From: Desulfobulbus propionicus DSM 2032
GTDB taxonomy: Bacteria > Desulfobacterota > Desulfobulbia > Desulfobulbales > Desulfobulbaceae
Assembly: GCF_000186885.1 (NCBI RefSeq)
Contig: NC_014972.1
Location: forward strand, 1,410,001 to 1,442,000
Direction of reading: 5' to 3'
DNA length: 32,000 nucleotides
Of this stretch, positions 1 to 8,558 are shown one piece after another; the first letter of the stretch is position 1; each line of letters opens with the position of its first letter. The notes beneath the pieces are model-generated. The model searched no databases. It saw only the letters and a list, made by a program, of their open reading frames with translations, and was not told the origin of the DNA. The position numbers were made by a program, and so were the translations under genes.

Positions 1-497
1 CCCAGCTGCAGAGCGGCAATCTGCTCACCGGCCAGCTGATGGTCAATCTGGTTTTTGTATCGGATGCTCCCAAGGCCAGCCTCTCCGATTGGAACGGATT
101 CAAGGCCATCCCGACCATTCCCGGTTCCTTTGAACGGTTACAGGAGAGTTTGGGCAAAATCACGGCCAGCCTGGAAAAGGTCAAATTCGACCAGATCGGC
201 GGTGAACTCCAACAGACCCTGCAAGAAACCAGAACGACAGTTGCCGAGATGGGCGGATTTGCCAAGCAGCTGAACAAGGAAACCACGCCCAAACTGCAGG
301 AGACGCTGGTTGAACTGCAGAAAACCCTGGTAGAGGTGCAGCAGGGCATGGGCAAGGATTCGCCCTTGAACTACAACACCACCAAGACCCTGGAAGAGTT
401 GTCCATGACCCTGCGCGCCCTGCGGGAACTCGCCAACACCCTGGATAACCAGCCCCAATCGATTCTTTATGGCAAGGAGAAGCAAGCAGATGAATAG
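1..497 (+). CDS. pqiB: PqiB-like MCE-family protein, C-terminal part (5' end lies outside the window)
   Basis: Frame 3 is open from the window edge (..QLQSGNLLTGQLMVNLVF..) to TAG 495-497. The C-terminal region is Q/L/E/T-rich and helical, as in PqiB-type MCE proteins. The stop overlaps the ATG (490) of a PqiC-type lipoprotein gene. The family call is from motif memory. Confidence 0.6.
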   Translation, partial: QLQSGNLLTGQLMVNLVFVSDAPKASLSDWNGFKAIPTIPGSFERLQESLGKITASLEKVKFDQIGGELQQTLQETRTTVAEMGGFAKQLNKETTPKLQETLVELQKTLVEVQQGMGKDSPLNYNTTKTLEELSMTLRALRELANTLDNQPQSILYGKEKQADE

Positions 498-1089
498 ATC
501 TCTCATCCTTCTCGGACTGGCGGCGTTCGGTTTATTCCTGGGTTCCCTCACCGGCTGCAGCCCGGTTTCCCCCCAGGTCAGCTACTACAGTCTGCTCGAT
601 ACCCAACGGCCGCCCAGCGTCGCCGGTGCACGGCAGTCGTTGGCCATTCTTGTCGGCCCGGTTTCGGTGCCTGACCTGTTGAAAACGTCGCAAATCGCCA
701 CCGGAACGGCAGAGCGGTACCAACTCGCCGAGCAGCATCGATGGGTGAGCCAGGTTGACCGCGATTTTGCCCGTGCTATCGGCGAGCAGTTGGCCTCCAG
801 GCTGGGCACTGAACGAATCGCCCTCTATCCGCAGGATCAGTACCTGGCGGCACCCCTGCAGGTTGTAGTTGATATTCTGGCCATGGAAGGGACTTTGGGC
901 CAGGAGGCCAGATTGACGGTCCGTTGGTCGCTGGTCGCCACCAAGAGCAAAACAGCGCGGCTGACACGTCGCTCCACCTTCAGCGAACGACCGGCCGACA
1001 GCAGCCATGGCGCTTGGGTTGCAGCCCAGCGGCGCAATATCAGTCGGTTGAGCGAGGAAATTGCCGCCGCGATCACGTCGCAGCATTAA
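490..1089 (+). CDS. pqiC: PqiC-like ABC-transport auxiliary lipoprotein (DUF330 type)
   Basis: An internal ATG at 490 gives MNRSLILLGLAAFGLFLGSLTGC, a signal peptide with lipobox LTGC. The YYSL..., ..HRW.. and ..VVVDIL.. pattern resembles YmbA/PqiC. The start overlaps the upstream MCE gene. Confidence 0.6.
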   Translation: MNRSLILLGLAAFGLFLGSLTGCSPVSPQVSYYSLLDTQRPPSVAGARQSLAILVGPVSVPDLLKTSQIATGTAERYQLAEQHRWVSQVDRDFARAIGEQLASRLGTERIALYPQDQYLAAPLQVVVDILAMEGTLGQEARLTVRWSLVATKSKTARLTRRSTFSERPADSSHGAWVAAQRRNISRLSEEIAAAITSQH

Positions 1090-1390
1090 TCTTCGCCGGG
1101 ATGGTCAATGTCGCCTCGCTGCGGGAACTCCATGCCGCCAGCCGTCGTGAGCTGACCTTTTCCCTGGTGACCACGGTCGGCGTTCTTTACTTTGATGTCC
1201 TGCCCGGAGTGGCGTTGGCCATCGGCATGACCCTGCTGTGGATGCTTACACCGCAAGCCAGCCCCATGTGGCCGTGCTGGGACGAGTTCCGGGGATGAGC
1301 GGTTTTCTGCGCAATCGGGGGAGAGCGGTCGATCAACGGATCCAACGTAACCCAGGCAGTGCTTCTGCCTGCATCCCTTTGACAGGTGCA
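1090..1390 (+). pseudogene. SulP-family anion permease remnant, frameshifted and truncated at both ends
   Basis: Frame 3 reads IFAGMVNVASLRELHAASRRELTFSLVTTVGVLYFDVLPGVALAIGMTLLWML, which resembles the last TM helix and linker of SulP. Near 1255-1265 the similarity shifts to another frame (SQPHVAVLGRVPGMSGF, compare the RPHxAVLGRxPG linker before STAS) and then decays. There is no start codon, no TM core and no STAS domain. Confidence 0.55.
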
Positions 1391-1392
1391 AC

Positions 1393-2394
1393 ATGAACGA
1401 ACAACACCAACAGTCGCGCATCGGTGCATGGATGGGCAGTCTCTGGCAACGTCTTCAACCCCGGGCAACAGGCGAGGATCCCCTTGTCCAGGCCATGGAT
1501 CGGCTGGTGCAGGTCGCCGATCCGGTTATTCGTCAGTCCAAGGGATATCGACGGGTACTGGCTGGCCCGGTTGCTGGTTCAATGAAGTATTTCCAGTCAT
1601 TGCTGGAAACCATTCCTGGTCCGGTCATTCTTGATCGCAGTCGGTATTATGACGACCCCACCGTCAAGGCCCTGTTTGCCTCACCCGAAGAGCTCGACGA
1701 GCTGTTGCGCTACAACCCAGAGATCAACAAGCTACGCAAGCAAGGTCTGAGCGGCGAGATGGTGGCGATGATGACCATGTTGCAGCAGGAGCGCACCATC
1801 TTCGGTCATAAGCAGGAAGGAGAATTGCTCCTACGCGATGTGCGGCAGCAAGCGGTGAGTTTTACCGATCATCGTATTGTCGCGCCGTCTCTTGATCTCC
1901 AGACGACCAGGAATGGCATTGTTAACCGGGGGTTGGAGGTGTTGGCCACGGTTGCCATGGAGCGGATCACCTCGCTACGGGCAAACAAGGCCGAATTGCA
2001 AGGGAAAAAAGAATATCTCCAGGGAATGGCAAAAATTCTGGGTGGCAGATCGCATCGCCAGGAGATCTTTGCTGCCCCCACCCCGAAGAATCGGGAAGAG
2101 CTGCGCAAGGTTGAACAGCTCTTGGCCGAGGTTGAACAGGAGCTGGAGAAACTGCGCCAGCAGATTGCTCTCCCGGAACAGTCATTAGCGCGTCTTGAGG
2201 AAGTCCTGCTCCAGCCGGAATCGATGCTGGTTGCCCGCCGTCAGAGTCTCCGGCTGAATTGGAAAGGGGTGCGCGTCGACGACGAAGCCGGGAGCGAGGG
2301 CAACGACATCACCCTCGCGGAGTTTTCCATGGAGGACGTCCGCCGTTCGGCGGTGCTGGTGACGTTCACTCTGACGACAGCATCGAGTCCCTAA
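1393..2394 (+). CDS. hypothetical protein with a coiled-coil-like segment; no family recognised
   Basis: This is a 333-aa ORF with an ATG start and protein-like composition. The C-terminal half has heptad-like E/L/Q/K-rich stretches (..NREELRKVEQLLAEVEQELEKLRQQI..). The SD is weak. Confidence 0.6.
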   Translation: MNEQHQQSRIGAWMGSLWQRLQPRATGEDPLVQAMDRLVQVADPVIRQSKGYRRVLAGPVAGSMKYFQSLLETIPGPVILDRSRYYDDPTVKALFASPEELDELLRYNPEINKLRKQGLSGEMVAMMTMLQQERTIFGHKQEGELLLRDVRQQAVSFTDHRIVAPSLDLQTTRNGIVNRGLEVLATVAMERITSLRANKAELQGKKEYLQGMAKILGGRSHRQEIFAAPTPKNREELRKVEQLLAEVEQELEKLRQQIALPEQSLARLEEVLLQPESMLVARRQSLRLNWKGVRVDDEAGSEGNDITLAEFSMEDVRRSAVLVTFTLTTASSP

Positions 2395-2451
2395 ATATGA
2401 ACATACGTGCCCGTTTCCCGAACTTGTCCATGCGTATTTTAAATATTCAAA

Positions 2452-2546
2452 GGTGTCTTGGTTCAACGGGAATAGGACAATCCTGCCGTTTATGATAAAC
2501 CATCATGAACGGCAGGATTGTCCTATTCCCGTTGAACCAAGACACC
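2452..2546. repeat. perfect 39-bp inverted repeat (long hairpin)
   Basis: The left arm 2452-2490 (GGTGTCTTGGTTCAACGGGAATAGGACAATCCTGCCGTT) is the exact reverse complement of the right arm 2508-2546. Pairing can continue with ATGAT 2492-2496 and ATCAT 2502-2506 after one T/G position, which leaves a 5-nt loop (AAACC). Confidence 0.95.
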
Positions 2547-3018
2547 GATGGATGAGCGGGGAAGGATCTATATTGAAAAACCGATAGAATCAGTCGCTCC
2601 GAAAACGCGCAGAGAGAATGCGGCTTCGGAAAGACAAAGAAAGAGCTGTCGGTTCAATGGGGGAATTGGATAAAGGGGAAACGAATCGATAGATCCGTTT
2701 TGCAGGGGTGCGTGCGCAGTTCTCACGAGTCAGAGAAAGACGTTCGCCTCTGCGATTAAACGTCTCCGGTCGAGGAAAGGCAGCGCCGTGTGCTACTGAA
2801 GTTCAAGAACACAAAAACCGTGTCCAGCTAAGCCCTAAAAAGGGGTATCTCATTGGAAATGAGTCAGAATAATGGGTTTATTAATAAGTGCCTGGTGAGA
2901 AAAATCAAGATTAAAATGAGTTCGTCAGCTTTTGCCTGAGCATGAACGGGCGAACTCATTTGAAATATGCATGACCAAGGCCATAGTCGCCTCGGTTGAT
3001 CAAGCCCGCGCTGCTTAC

Positions 3019-4203
3019 CTATTTCTCGACAACCACTGCTATTCCCATGCCCCCGCCGATGCACAGTGTGGCCAGACCGCTTTTTGCTCCCCGTTTTTCC
3101 ATTTCATGGAGCAAGGACACCAGAATGCGAGCACCAGAGGCACCTATTGGGTGGCCGAGAGCTATTGCGCCCCCGTTGACATTGACCTTACTCATGTCAA
3201 AACCCAGATCTTTTGCGACAGCAACACTTTGCGAGGCAAATGCCTCATTTGCCTCAATCAGATCTATCTCGGTAAGTGTCTTTCCGGCCTTTGCCAATGC
3301 TTTTGGAGAAGCCGCTGCCGGGCCGATGCCCATGATTTCCGGCTTTACTCCTGCGGAGGCATAGCCCGTCAACTTTGCCATTGGCTTGATCCCCAATTCT
3401 TTTGCCTTATCGGCCGCCATGACGATGATGACCGCAGCACCATCGTTGATGCCTGAAGCATTGGCCGCTGTCACCATGCCATCGGGTTTGAATGCGGGCC
3501 TCAGTTTGTTGACTTTCTCCAGAGTGGAGTCAGGGGTGTAATGTTCATCAGTGTCAAACACGAGGGGAGCGCCTTTTCGTCTCGGAATGAGCACCGGAAC
3601 GATTTCATCCTTGAAACGTCCACTGGTAATAGCCGCTTCAGCCTTTTTCTGTGATTCGACTGCGAAGCGATCAAGTTCCTCCCTGGATAGATTCCAGTTC
3701 TCGCATATGTTCTCAGCCGTTATCCCCATGTGACAATTGCTCATCGCGCAGTGCAGGCCATCATGGACCATCATGTCGATGATACCATTCGTCGGCGCGT
3801 TCATTCTGTAACCGAAACGTGCCTGCGGCAGAGCATAAGCCGTGGCGCTCATGTTTTCCATGCCGCCGGCCACAATGATATCGGCGTCACCACACTGAAT
3901 TGCCTGGGCGGCCATCACGATGGATTTGAGACCGCTACCGCAAACCTTGTTTATAGTTACGGCGGGAACATCTTGGGGAATGCCTGCTTTGAGCATGGCC
4001 TGACGGGCCGGATTCTGCCCCAGCGCCCCTGTGAGCACACATCCCAAGATTACCTCATCGACCATTTCCGGCTTAATGCCGGACCTGTTCAGGGCGTCTT
4101 TGATGACAAGAGCTCCCAGTTCCACTGCTGGGACGTCTTTTATGGAACCACCAAATTTACCGACAGCAGTTCGACACGCACCGACTAGGACGACTTCACG
4201 CAT
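3019..4203 (-). CDS. acetyl-CoA C-acetyltransferase (thiolase II)
   Basis: The 394-aa protein starts [20 protein letters not shown]. It carries the active-site context [11 protein letters not shown] and the C-terminal motifs [17 protein letters not shown] and CIGGGMG. An AAGGAG RBS lies 7 nt upstream of the ATG. Confidence 0.95.
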   Translation of the reverse strand: MREVVLVGACRTAVGKFGGSIKDVPAVELGALVIKDALNRSGIKPEMVDEVILGCVLTGALGQNPARQAMLKAGIPQDVPAVTINKVCGSGLKSIVMAAQAIQCGDADIIVAGGMENMSATAYALPQARFGYRMNAPTNGIIDMMVHDGLHCAMSNCHMGITAENICENWNLSREELDRFAVESQKKAEAAITSGRFKDEIVPVLIPRRKGAPLVFDTDEHYTPDSTLEKVNKLRPAFKPDGMVTAANASGINDGAAVIIVMAADKAKELGIKPMAKLTGYASAGVKPEIMGIGPAAASPKALAKAGKTLTEIDLIEANEAFASQSVAVAKDLGFDMSKVNVNGGAIALGHPIGASGARILVSLLHEMEKRGAKSGLATLCIGGGMGIAVVVEK

Positions 4204-4287
4204 TGTTCGTTCTCCTTAAGTTGGATCAAGCTTTTTATCGGTCTAAAACTCACCCCGACAGTATAAATCAGACCCGAAAATTCACGG

Positions 4288-5586
4288 TTAAAGACACTTG
4301 AGCCAGCCGATACCCCACATGCAATGCCCGCAAGGAACATGGCTGCCATAACAATCATTGGCACCAAGCAGGCTGGTGTTGACCAAATCGACGCACGGTC
4401 CTGCTGAACAACTCCAACAGGGCGCATAGTTATTCAATTTTACCTCTGCCCGAAAAGACCTATATGCGGGCTGTTGCCAGATCATCTCAAGTGGTTGCTC
4501 TTCGAGAGTGCCAAATACCAACTCCTTGACATGGATCGGCTCCTGGTTCACCCTGCTGGGGCAGGTGTGCCATAGAAAGTGACAGGGCATAACCTCCCCG
4601 TTTTTATTGATAAAAACAGCCTCTTCTTCAATGAACGGGCAGGAGCGCTGTCCGTCGGTGTGTGCATAAAGCGGTGGCAGGAAAAGCTCAATGCCACGGT
4701 CGGTCGCCAACTCTCGGACCCTATGGAATTGCTTCTCCAACTCCCGCTGGTCACTGTCCCCCCGTGCCGCCACCAGGTTGGGAAAATGGAAGGTAATGGC
4801 CTTCTCGTTCGCTTCTTTTTGCATGGCCGCACCAAGTCGCAGAACGATGCTATCGGACAAACTCTTGGAAAACCTGAGCTGCGCGGAAGGAAGGTCAGTC
4901 AGATCTACCCCTTGGGCAACGGCTTCAGCATTCCATTTTGCAAAGAGTTGCGTCGCCTCGTAGCTATTCGGATTGAAGAGAGTCTGCCCGGCCATTGTGC
5001 CATCGTAGGAAAAAAGATGGCTGGCGATAATGTAATCGATGCCGTGCATGTGCGCCCATTCGACAAGAGCCGGTAACTGATGGAGCGTATCTTTTTGCAG
5101 CACTACTTCGACACCTATTCGAATCGCTCGATTTGCCGCCTTTGCTGCCTCCGAGAGATTCGCGATCGCCTTCTCCACCGAAGATCGCTGGTGCCCCTCT
5201 CGACCAAGGGTGCCGGTCTGTTGCTCGTTCAGATTGTCAAGAGACAGACATACGGTGTCAATTCCGGCTTGAATGAGTTGCAGGGCTCGTTTCTTATGCA
5301 ACAACAGTCCGTTGCTTTGGAAGCCAATACGTCCATCAGGAGGCATGACGGCTCTCGCGAGAACGATTATCTCGTCCAGATCGGGATGCAGCAAAGGCTC
5401 ACCGATACCGTTGAGGACCAAAAACCGGGTATGGACCAGGGAAGGCACCAGTTTTTTAAAGAGCTCAAGCGGCATGTCTCCTTCCTCGATGCAACTTCCC
5501 TCTGCAAACTTAAGGCACATGGGGCACCGCAGATTACAATGCGTCGTCAGCTCAACGTAAACTTTTTCCGGATACTGAATGGACAT
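4288..5586 (-). CDS. radical SAM protein with a C-terminal SPASM/twitch-like Cys-rich domain
   Basis: The N-terminus has the CX3CX2C cluster motif (LTTHCNLRCPMC), followed by NGIGEPLL (GGE-like SAM motif). The C-terminus has CPFIEEEAVFINKNGEVMPC, then CWSCSAGPC, and ends ..CYGSHVPCGHCMWGIGWLKCL. No obvious SD is present. Confidence 0.85.
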   Translation of the reverse strand: MSIQYPEKVYVELTTHCNLRCPMCLKFAEGSCIEEGDMPLELFKKLVPSLVHTRFLVLNGIGEPLLHPDLDEIIVLARAVMPPDGRIGFQSNGLLLHKKRALQLIQAGIDTVCLSLDNLNEQQTGTLGREGHQRSSVEKAIANLSEAAKAANRAIRIGVEVVLQKDTLHQLPALVEWAHMHGIDYIIASHLFSYDGTMAGQTLFNPNSYEATQLFAKWNAEAVAQGVDLTDLPSAQLRFSKSLSDSIVLRLGAAMQKEANEKAITFHFPNLVAARGDSDQRELEKQFHRVRELATDRGIELFLPPLYAHTDGQRSCPFIEEEAVFINKNGEVMPCHFLWHTCPSRVNQEPIHVKELVFGTLEEQPLEMIWQQPAYRSFRAEVKLNNYAPCWSCSAGPCVDLVNTSLLGANDCYGSHVPCGHCMWGIGWLKCL

Positions 5587-5674
5587 GCTTTAAAACTACT
5601 TAGAAACATTAAAAAAACAGAATACGAAGCGTTCCGGAAATCAAAGGAAGAGAATGCCGTTAGTAGGCTCTTCT

Positions 5675-6511
5675 TCAGTTGCAGGGTTTCACCGCCTCGA
5701 TCGTGGCAGAAACGATAAAATCGGCCACAGAGGCCTCTGGTGTCCAGGTGCGGATGAAGGCCTTGCTTTCTTCCTTGGGGGATATTTGAATATCCACAAA
5801 CCCGGCTGTTTGCAGCATGCCTTCCAACTCTGAAATCAGAGAAGCGCCGGCAATACACCCGGCATGGAGGGCCATGTCACGCCTGATATGCTCAGGCAAT
5901 TCAGCGGTGGCGACAATGTCGGAGATGGCCAACCGGCCGCCCGGTTTGAGAACGCGGAAGGCATCAGTGAAGACCTGGGGTTTGTCCGGCGATAAATTGA
6001 TGACACAGTTGGAGAGGATAACGTCTACGGCATTATCGGCTACCGGCAGATGTTCTATTTCTCCCAGTCGAAACTCAACATTGCGATAACCGTTGTTTGC
6101 CGCATTGGCCCGGGCCTTGGAAAGCATTTCCGGTGTCATATCCACCCCGATGACATGACCGCTCTCTCCCACCTGACGAGCCGCCAGAAAACAATCAAAT
6201 CCAGCGCCGCTGCCAAGATCAAGGACAACTTCACCCGTTATTAATGCAGCAATGGCTTGAGGATTGCCGCACCCCAGGCCTAAATTGGCTCCTTCGGGTA
6301 CCGCGCCTATTTCATCGGAGGTGTATCCTAACTGTTGCGACACCTCAGGGGCTGGGCCGCTGCAGCAACTCGTGCTGCCACAACAACCTGCTTCAGCCGC
6401 TCGGCTATAGAGATCTCGCACAGCTTGCCGGACACCATCTTTTTCCAACATACTCATAATACCCTCGCTTGATTGCTGCGATTGTTCCGCAACGTCATAA
6501 AATTCAGCCAA
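5675..6511 (-). CDS. arsM: arsenite S-adenosylmethionine methyltransferase
   Basis: The SAM-binding motif is VLDLGSGAGFDCF. Cysteine contexts match the conserved ArsM cysteines: GCCGSTSCC (N-terminal), LGCGNP, SNCVINL and HAGCIAGA. The start is a TTG overlapping the upstream gene's stop by 8 nt; an internal ATG (M19 or M21) is an alternative. Confidence 0.85.
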   Translation of the reverse strand: MAEFYDVAEQSQQSSEGIMSMLEKDGVRQAVRDLYSRAAEAGCCGSTSCCSGPAPEVSQQLGYTSDEIGAVPEGANLGLGCGNPQAIAALITGEVVLDLGSGAGFDCFLAARQVGESGHVIGVDMTPEMLSKARANAANNGYRNVEFRLGEIEHLPVADNAVDVILSNCVINLSPDKPQVFTDAFRVLKPGGRLAISDIVATAELPEHIRRDMALHAGCIAGASLISELEGMLQTAGFVDIQISPKEESKAFIRTWTPEASVADFIVSATIEAVKPCN

Positions 6512-6734
6512 TCCAAGATTCTATTTCACTCTGCTTCGGTATCCGGCCAACACACTTGACCTGACCGTCAATGACAACTGCCGGAGTTGAGAAAACACCG
6601 AGTTGGGCGATTTCCTGAAAGTCCTTCACCTTGACGATGGTAGCTTGAACGCCTTTTAATGCGACAGCCGCTTCGACGGCCTTCTGGGTTTTTTCACAGG
6701 AAGCGCAGCCTGGTCCACATACTTTGATTTCCAT
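6504..6734 (-). CDS. small thioredoxin-fold protein (redox-active disulfide protein 2 type)
   Basis: MEIKVCGPGCASCEKT.. contains CxxC, and TPAVVIDG lies in the C-terminal half. The ATG at 6734 is preceded by GAGGA. The 76-aa size is typical of this family. Confidence 0.8.
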   Translation of the reverse strand: MEIKVCGPGCASCEKTQKAVEAAVALKGVQATIVKVKDFQEIAQLGVFSTPAVVIDGQVKCVGRIPKQSEIESWIG

Positions 6735-6750
6735 TTTTTCCTCTTTCAAA

Positions 6751-7857
6751 TCAGATGATTGTATTAAAGAGATAGCCGGTGAAAACTATCCCGCATCCCA
6801 CTACAAAAACAAAAACTGCGATCAATTTTGGTTTCAGGACCTTGCGAAGAATAATCATCTCCGGCAAAGAGAGCGCAATCACACTCATCATGAAAGCCAG
6901 CACTGTCCCCAAAGCGGCTCCTTTGCCGAGCAGTGCCTCGACTACCGGTACAATGCCGGCAGCATTGGAGTACATGGGAATGCCGACGACCACCGCCGCC
7001 GGAACAGACCACCACGCATCTTTGCCCATAACCTGCGCCATGAAATCTTCCGGCACATACCCATGAATAAAGGCGCCAACCGCGATGCCGGCGACCACAT
7101 AGATCCAGACTTTGCCGACGATATCACGAACAGCGTCCTTGCCCTGGTCGATCCGATCCGGCCAGGAGAGTTTTCTTTCAAAGACAAGGGCTTCACCGGC
7201 CCGCATTTCCTGGACCCAATCCTCAATCCAAGTCTCGAGTTTCAGGCGACCGATAACCCAACCTGCAACCATGGCAATCAAGAGTCCGGTGCTGAGATAG
7301 AGGGCCGCGACCTTCCAACCAAGCAAGCCATATAGAAGCGCCAAGGCAATTTCGTTGACCATCGGAGCCGCAATGAGAAACGAGAAAGTGACCCCCAAGG
7401 GAATACCTGCCTGAACGAAACCGAGAAATAAGGGAACGGCGGAACAGGAGCAGAAGGGGGTGACAATCCCGAGCAGGGCAGCCATGACGTTCCCTGCGGT
7501 TTCACGCTTGCCGGCCAGATATTGCCGGGTGCGTTCCTGAGTGAAAAAGGAACGGATAACGCCAATGACAAACACGATTAAAGTCAGCAACATCATGACT
7601 TTTGGCGTGTCATAGAGGAAAAACTGGATGGCGCCACCAAGTTGGCTGCCCTTTTTTATCTCAAATAAAGAATAGGTTACATAGGATGAAAAGGGTTCCA
7701 GATTGTTATAGATGACAAGCCAGATCCCAAGGCTGAACAGGCTGAGGAGGATGATTTTGCCCCATTGAACATTTTTTTCGATGACAGCTTCGCCAGCAGT
7801 TGCTTGTTTGGCGCAACTACAGCCGGGAGATTGCAGTGGTTCCATTTTATGCCTCAT
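6751..7857 (-). CDS. PF03773/DUF318-type permease (ArsP-like; organoarsenical efflux candidate)
   Basis: This is a polytopic membrane protein with the family-typical TPFCSCSAVP motif and a two-half architecture. Its ATG overlaps the arsR stop (ATGA at 7854-7857). Confidence 0.8.
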   Translation of the reverse strand: MRHKMEPLQSPGCSCAKQATAGEAVIEKNVQWGKIILLSLFSLGIWLVIYNNLEPFSSYVTYSLFEIKKGSQLGGAIQFFLYDTPKVMMLLTLIVFVIGVIRSFFTQERTRQYLAGKRETAGNVMAALLGIVTPFCSCSAVPLFLGFVQAGIPLGVTFSFLIAAPMVNEIALALLYGLLGWKVAALYLSTGLLIAMVAGWVIGRLKLETWIEDWVQEMRAGEALVFERKLSWPDRIDQGKDAVRDIVGKVWIYVVAGIAVGAFIHGYVPEDFMAQVMGKDAWWSVPAAVVVGIPMYSNAAGIVPVVEALLGKGAALGTVLAFMMSVIALSLPEMIILRKVLKPKLIAVFVFVVGCGIVFTGYLFNTII

Positions 7858-8201
7858 TTTTTAAGATATGCCCGTTGACACGTTGTGTCCGGCAAAGCTT
7901 GTTTCATCCGTAGCAGTTCAGGGTCTTCATTCAGCCAATCCTGCAAGACAATCAACATTCTCCCCGAGTACACGGACTCTTTCCCGTCAGCCTGGCTGTA
8001 TATCATCCAGGTTCCCTGCCGTTCTTTTTCCACCAATCCAGCATCCTCAAGAATTTTCATGTGGCTGGAGACGGTCGGTTGGGCGATGCCTAACGCTTCC
8101 TGAATCTCACAGACACAGAGAGCGTTTTTCTCAAGAAGTTTCAATATCCTCACCCGATTCGGATCCGAAAGAGCTTTCATGACACGCAAGAATGTTTTCA
8201 T
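7854..8201 (-). CDS. arsR: ArsR/SmtB-family metalloregulator with a CVC site
   Basis: ALSDPNRVRILKLL is followed by LCVCEI, the helix-3 As(III)-type Cys pair as in the ELCVCDL motif. The wHTH region reads QPTVSSHMKILEDAGLV. A GAGG RBS is present. Confidence 0.85.
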   Translation of the reverse strand: MKTFLRVMKALSDPNRVRILKLLEKNALCVCEIQEALGIAQPTVSSHMKILEDAGLVEKERQGTWMIYSQADGKESVYSGRMLIVLQDWLNEDPELLRMKQALPDTTCQRAYLKK

Positions 8202-8222
8202 TTATCCTCACTATTAAATATG

Positions 8223-8271
8223 TATATATTTATATTTTATAATATATAAAACAGGGTAAAGTGGTTGTCAA
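8223..8271 (-). promoter_or_regulatory. candidate sigma70 promoter with an AT-rich inverted repeat (possible ArsR operator)
   Basis: On the minus strand: TTGACA (8271-8266), a 17-nt spacer, then TATATA (8248-8243). The inverted repeat TATATATT (8223-8230) / AATATATA (8241-8248) overlaps the -10. The AT-rich sequence is low complexity, which weakens the call. Confidence 0.35.
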
Positions 8272-8558
8272 CCTGCTTTCCGCGATTCAGCGCAGGCGTT
8301 TATAGCGTCACAAGGTCAAGCCTTAAGGGTGGGCCCAAGCTACCTCTGTCTCGGTGTGATGGGAGCTAACCATCACTGGTTTCATGATACAAGGGTGTAC
8401 TGGATGACGAGATGATTTCGTTCTTGGCCAGCTGTCCTGAGCGCCTTTCGACATTTCAGTCGAATTAAACCGTCAGATGTCGAAGTCGAGTTCCTCTGTT
8501 CTCAGCACTTTTATGCACAATGTACTGATTTTACGATTTTGTTTTAACAAAGTGTTCC

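Noticed and set aside
138-1086. Long minus-strand ORFs (138-551, 532-1086 and shorter ones) antisense to pqiB/pqiC.
   Set aside because: These are shadow ORFs opposite well-supported genes. Their composition is Arg/Gly/Pro-rich and not protein-like, and they have no RBS.
2864-3456. ORFs 2864-3064 (-), 2932-3456 (+) and 2996-3364 (+) around the thiolase 3' end.
   Set aside because: They overlap, or run antisense to, the high-confidence thiolase gene. Their sequences are Cys/His/Arg-rich and show no motifs.
4185-4427. An 80-aa minus-strand ORF bridging the rSAM 3' end and the thiolase start.
   Set aside because: It overlaps the rSAM coding frame and runs into the thiolase RBS and start, and it has no SD. 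It is most likely spurious.
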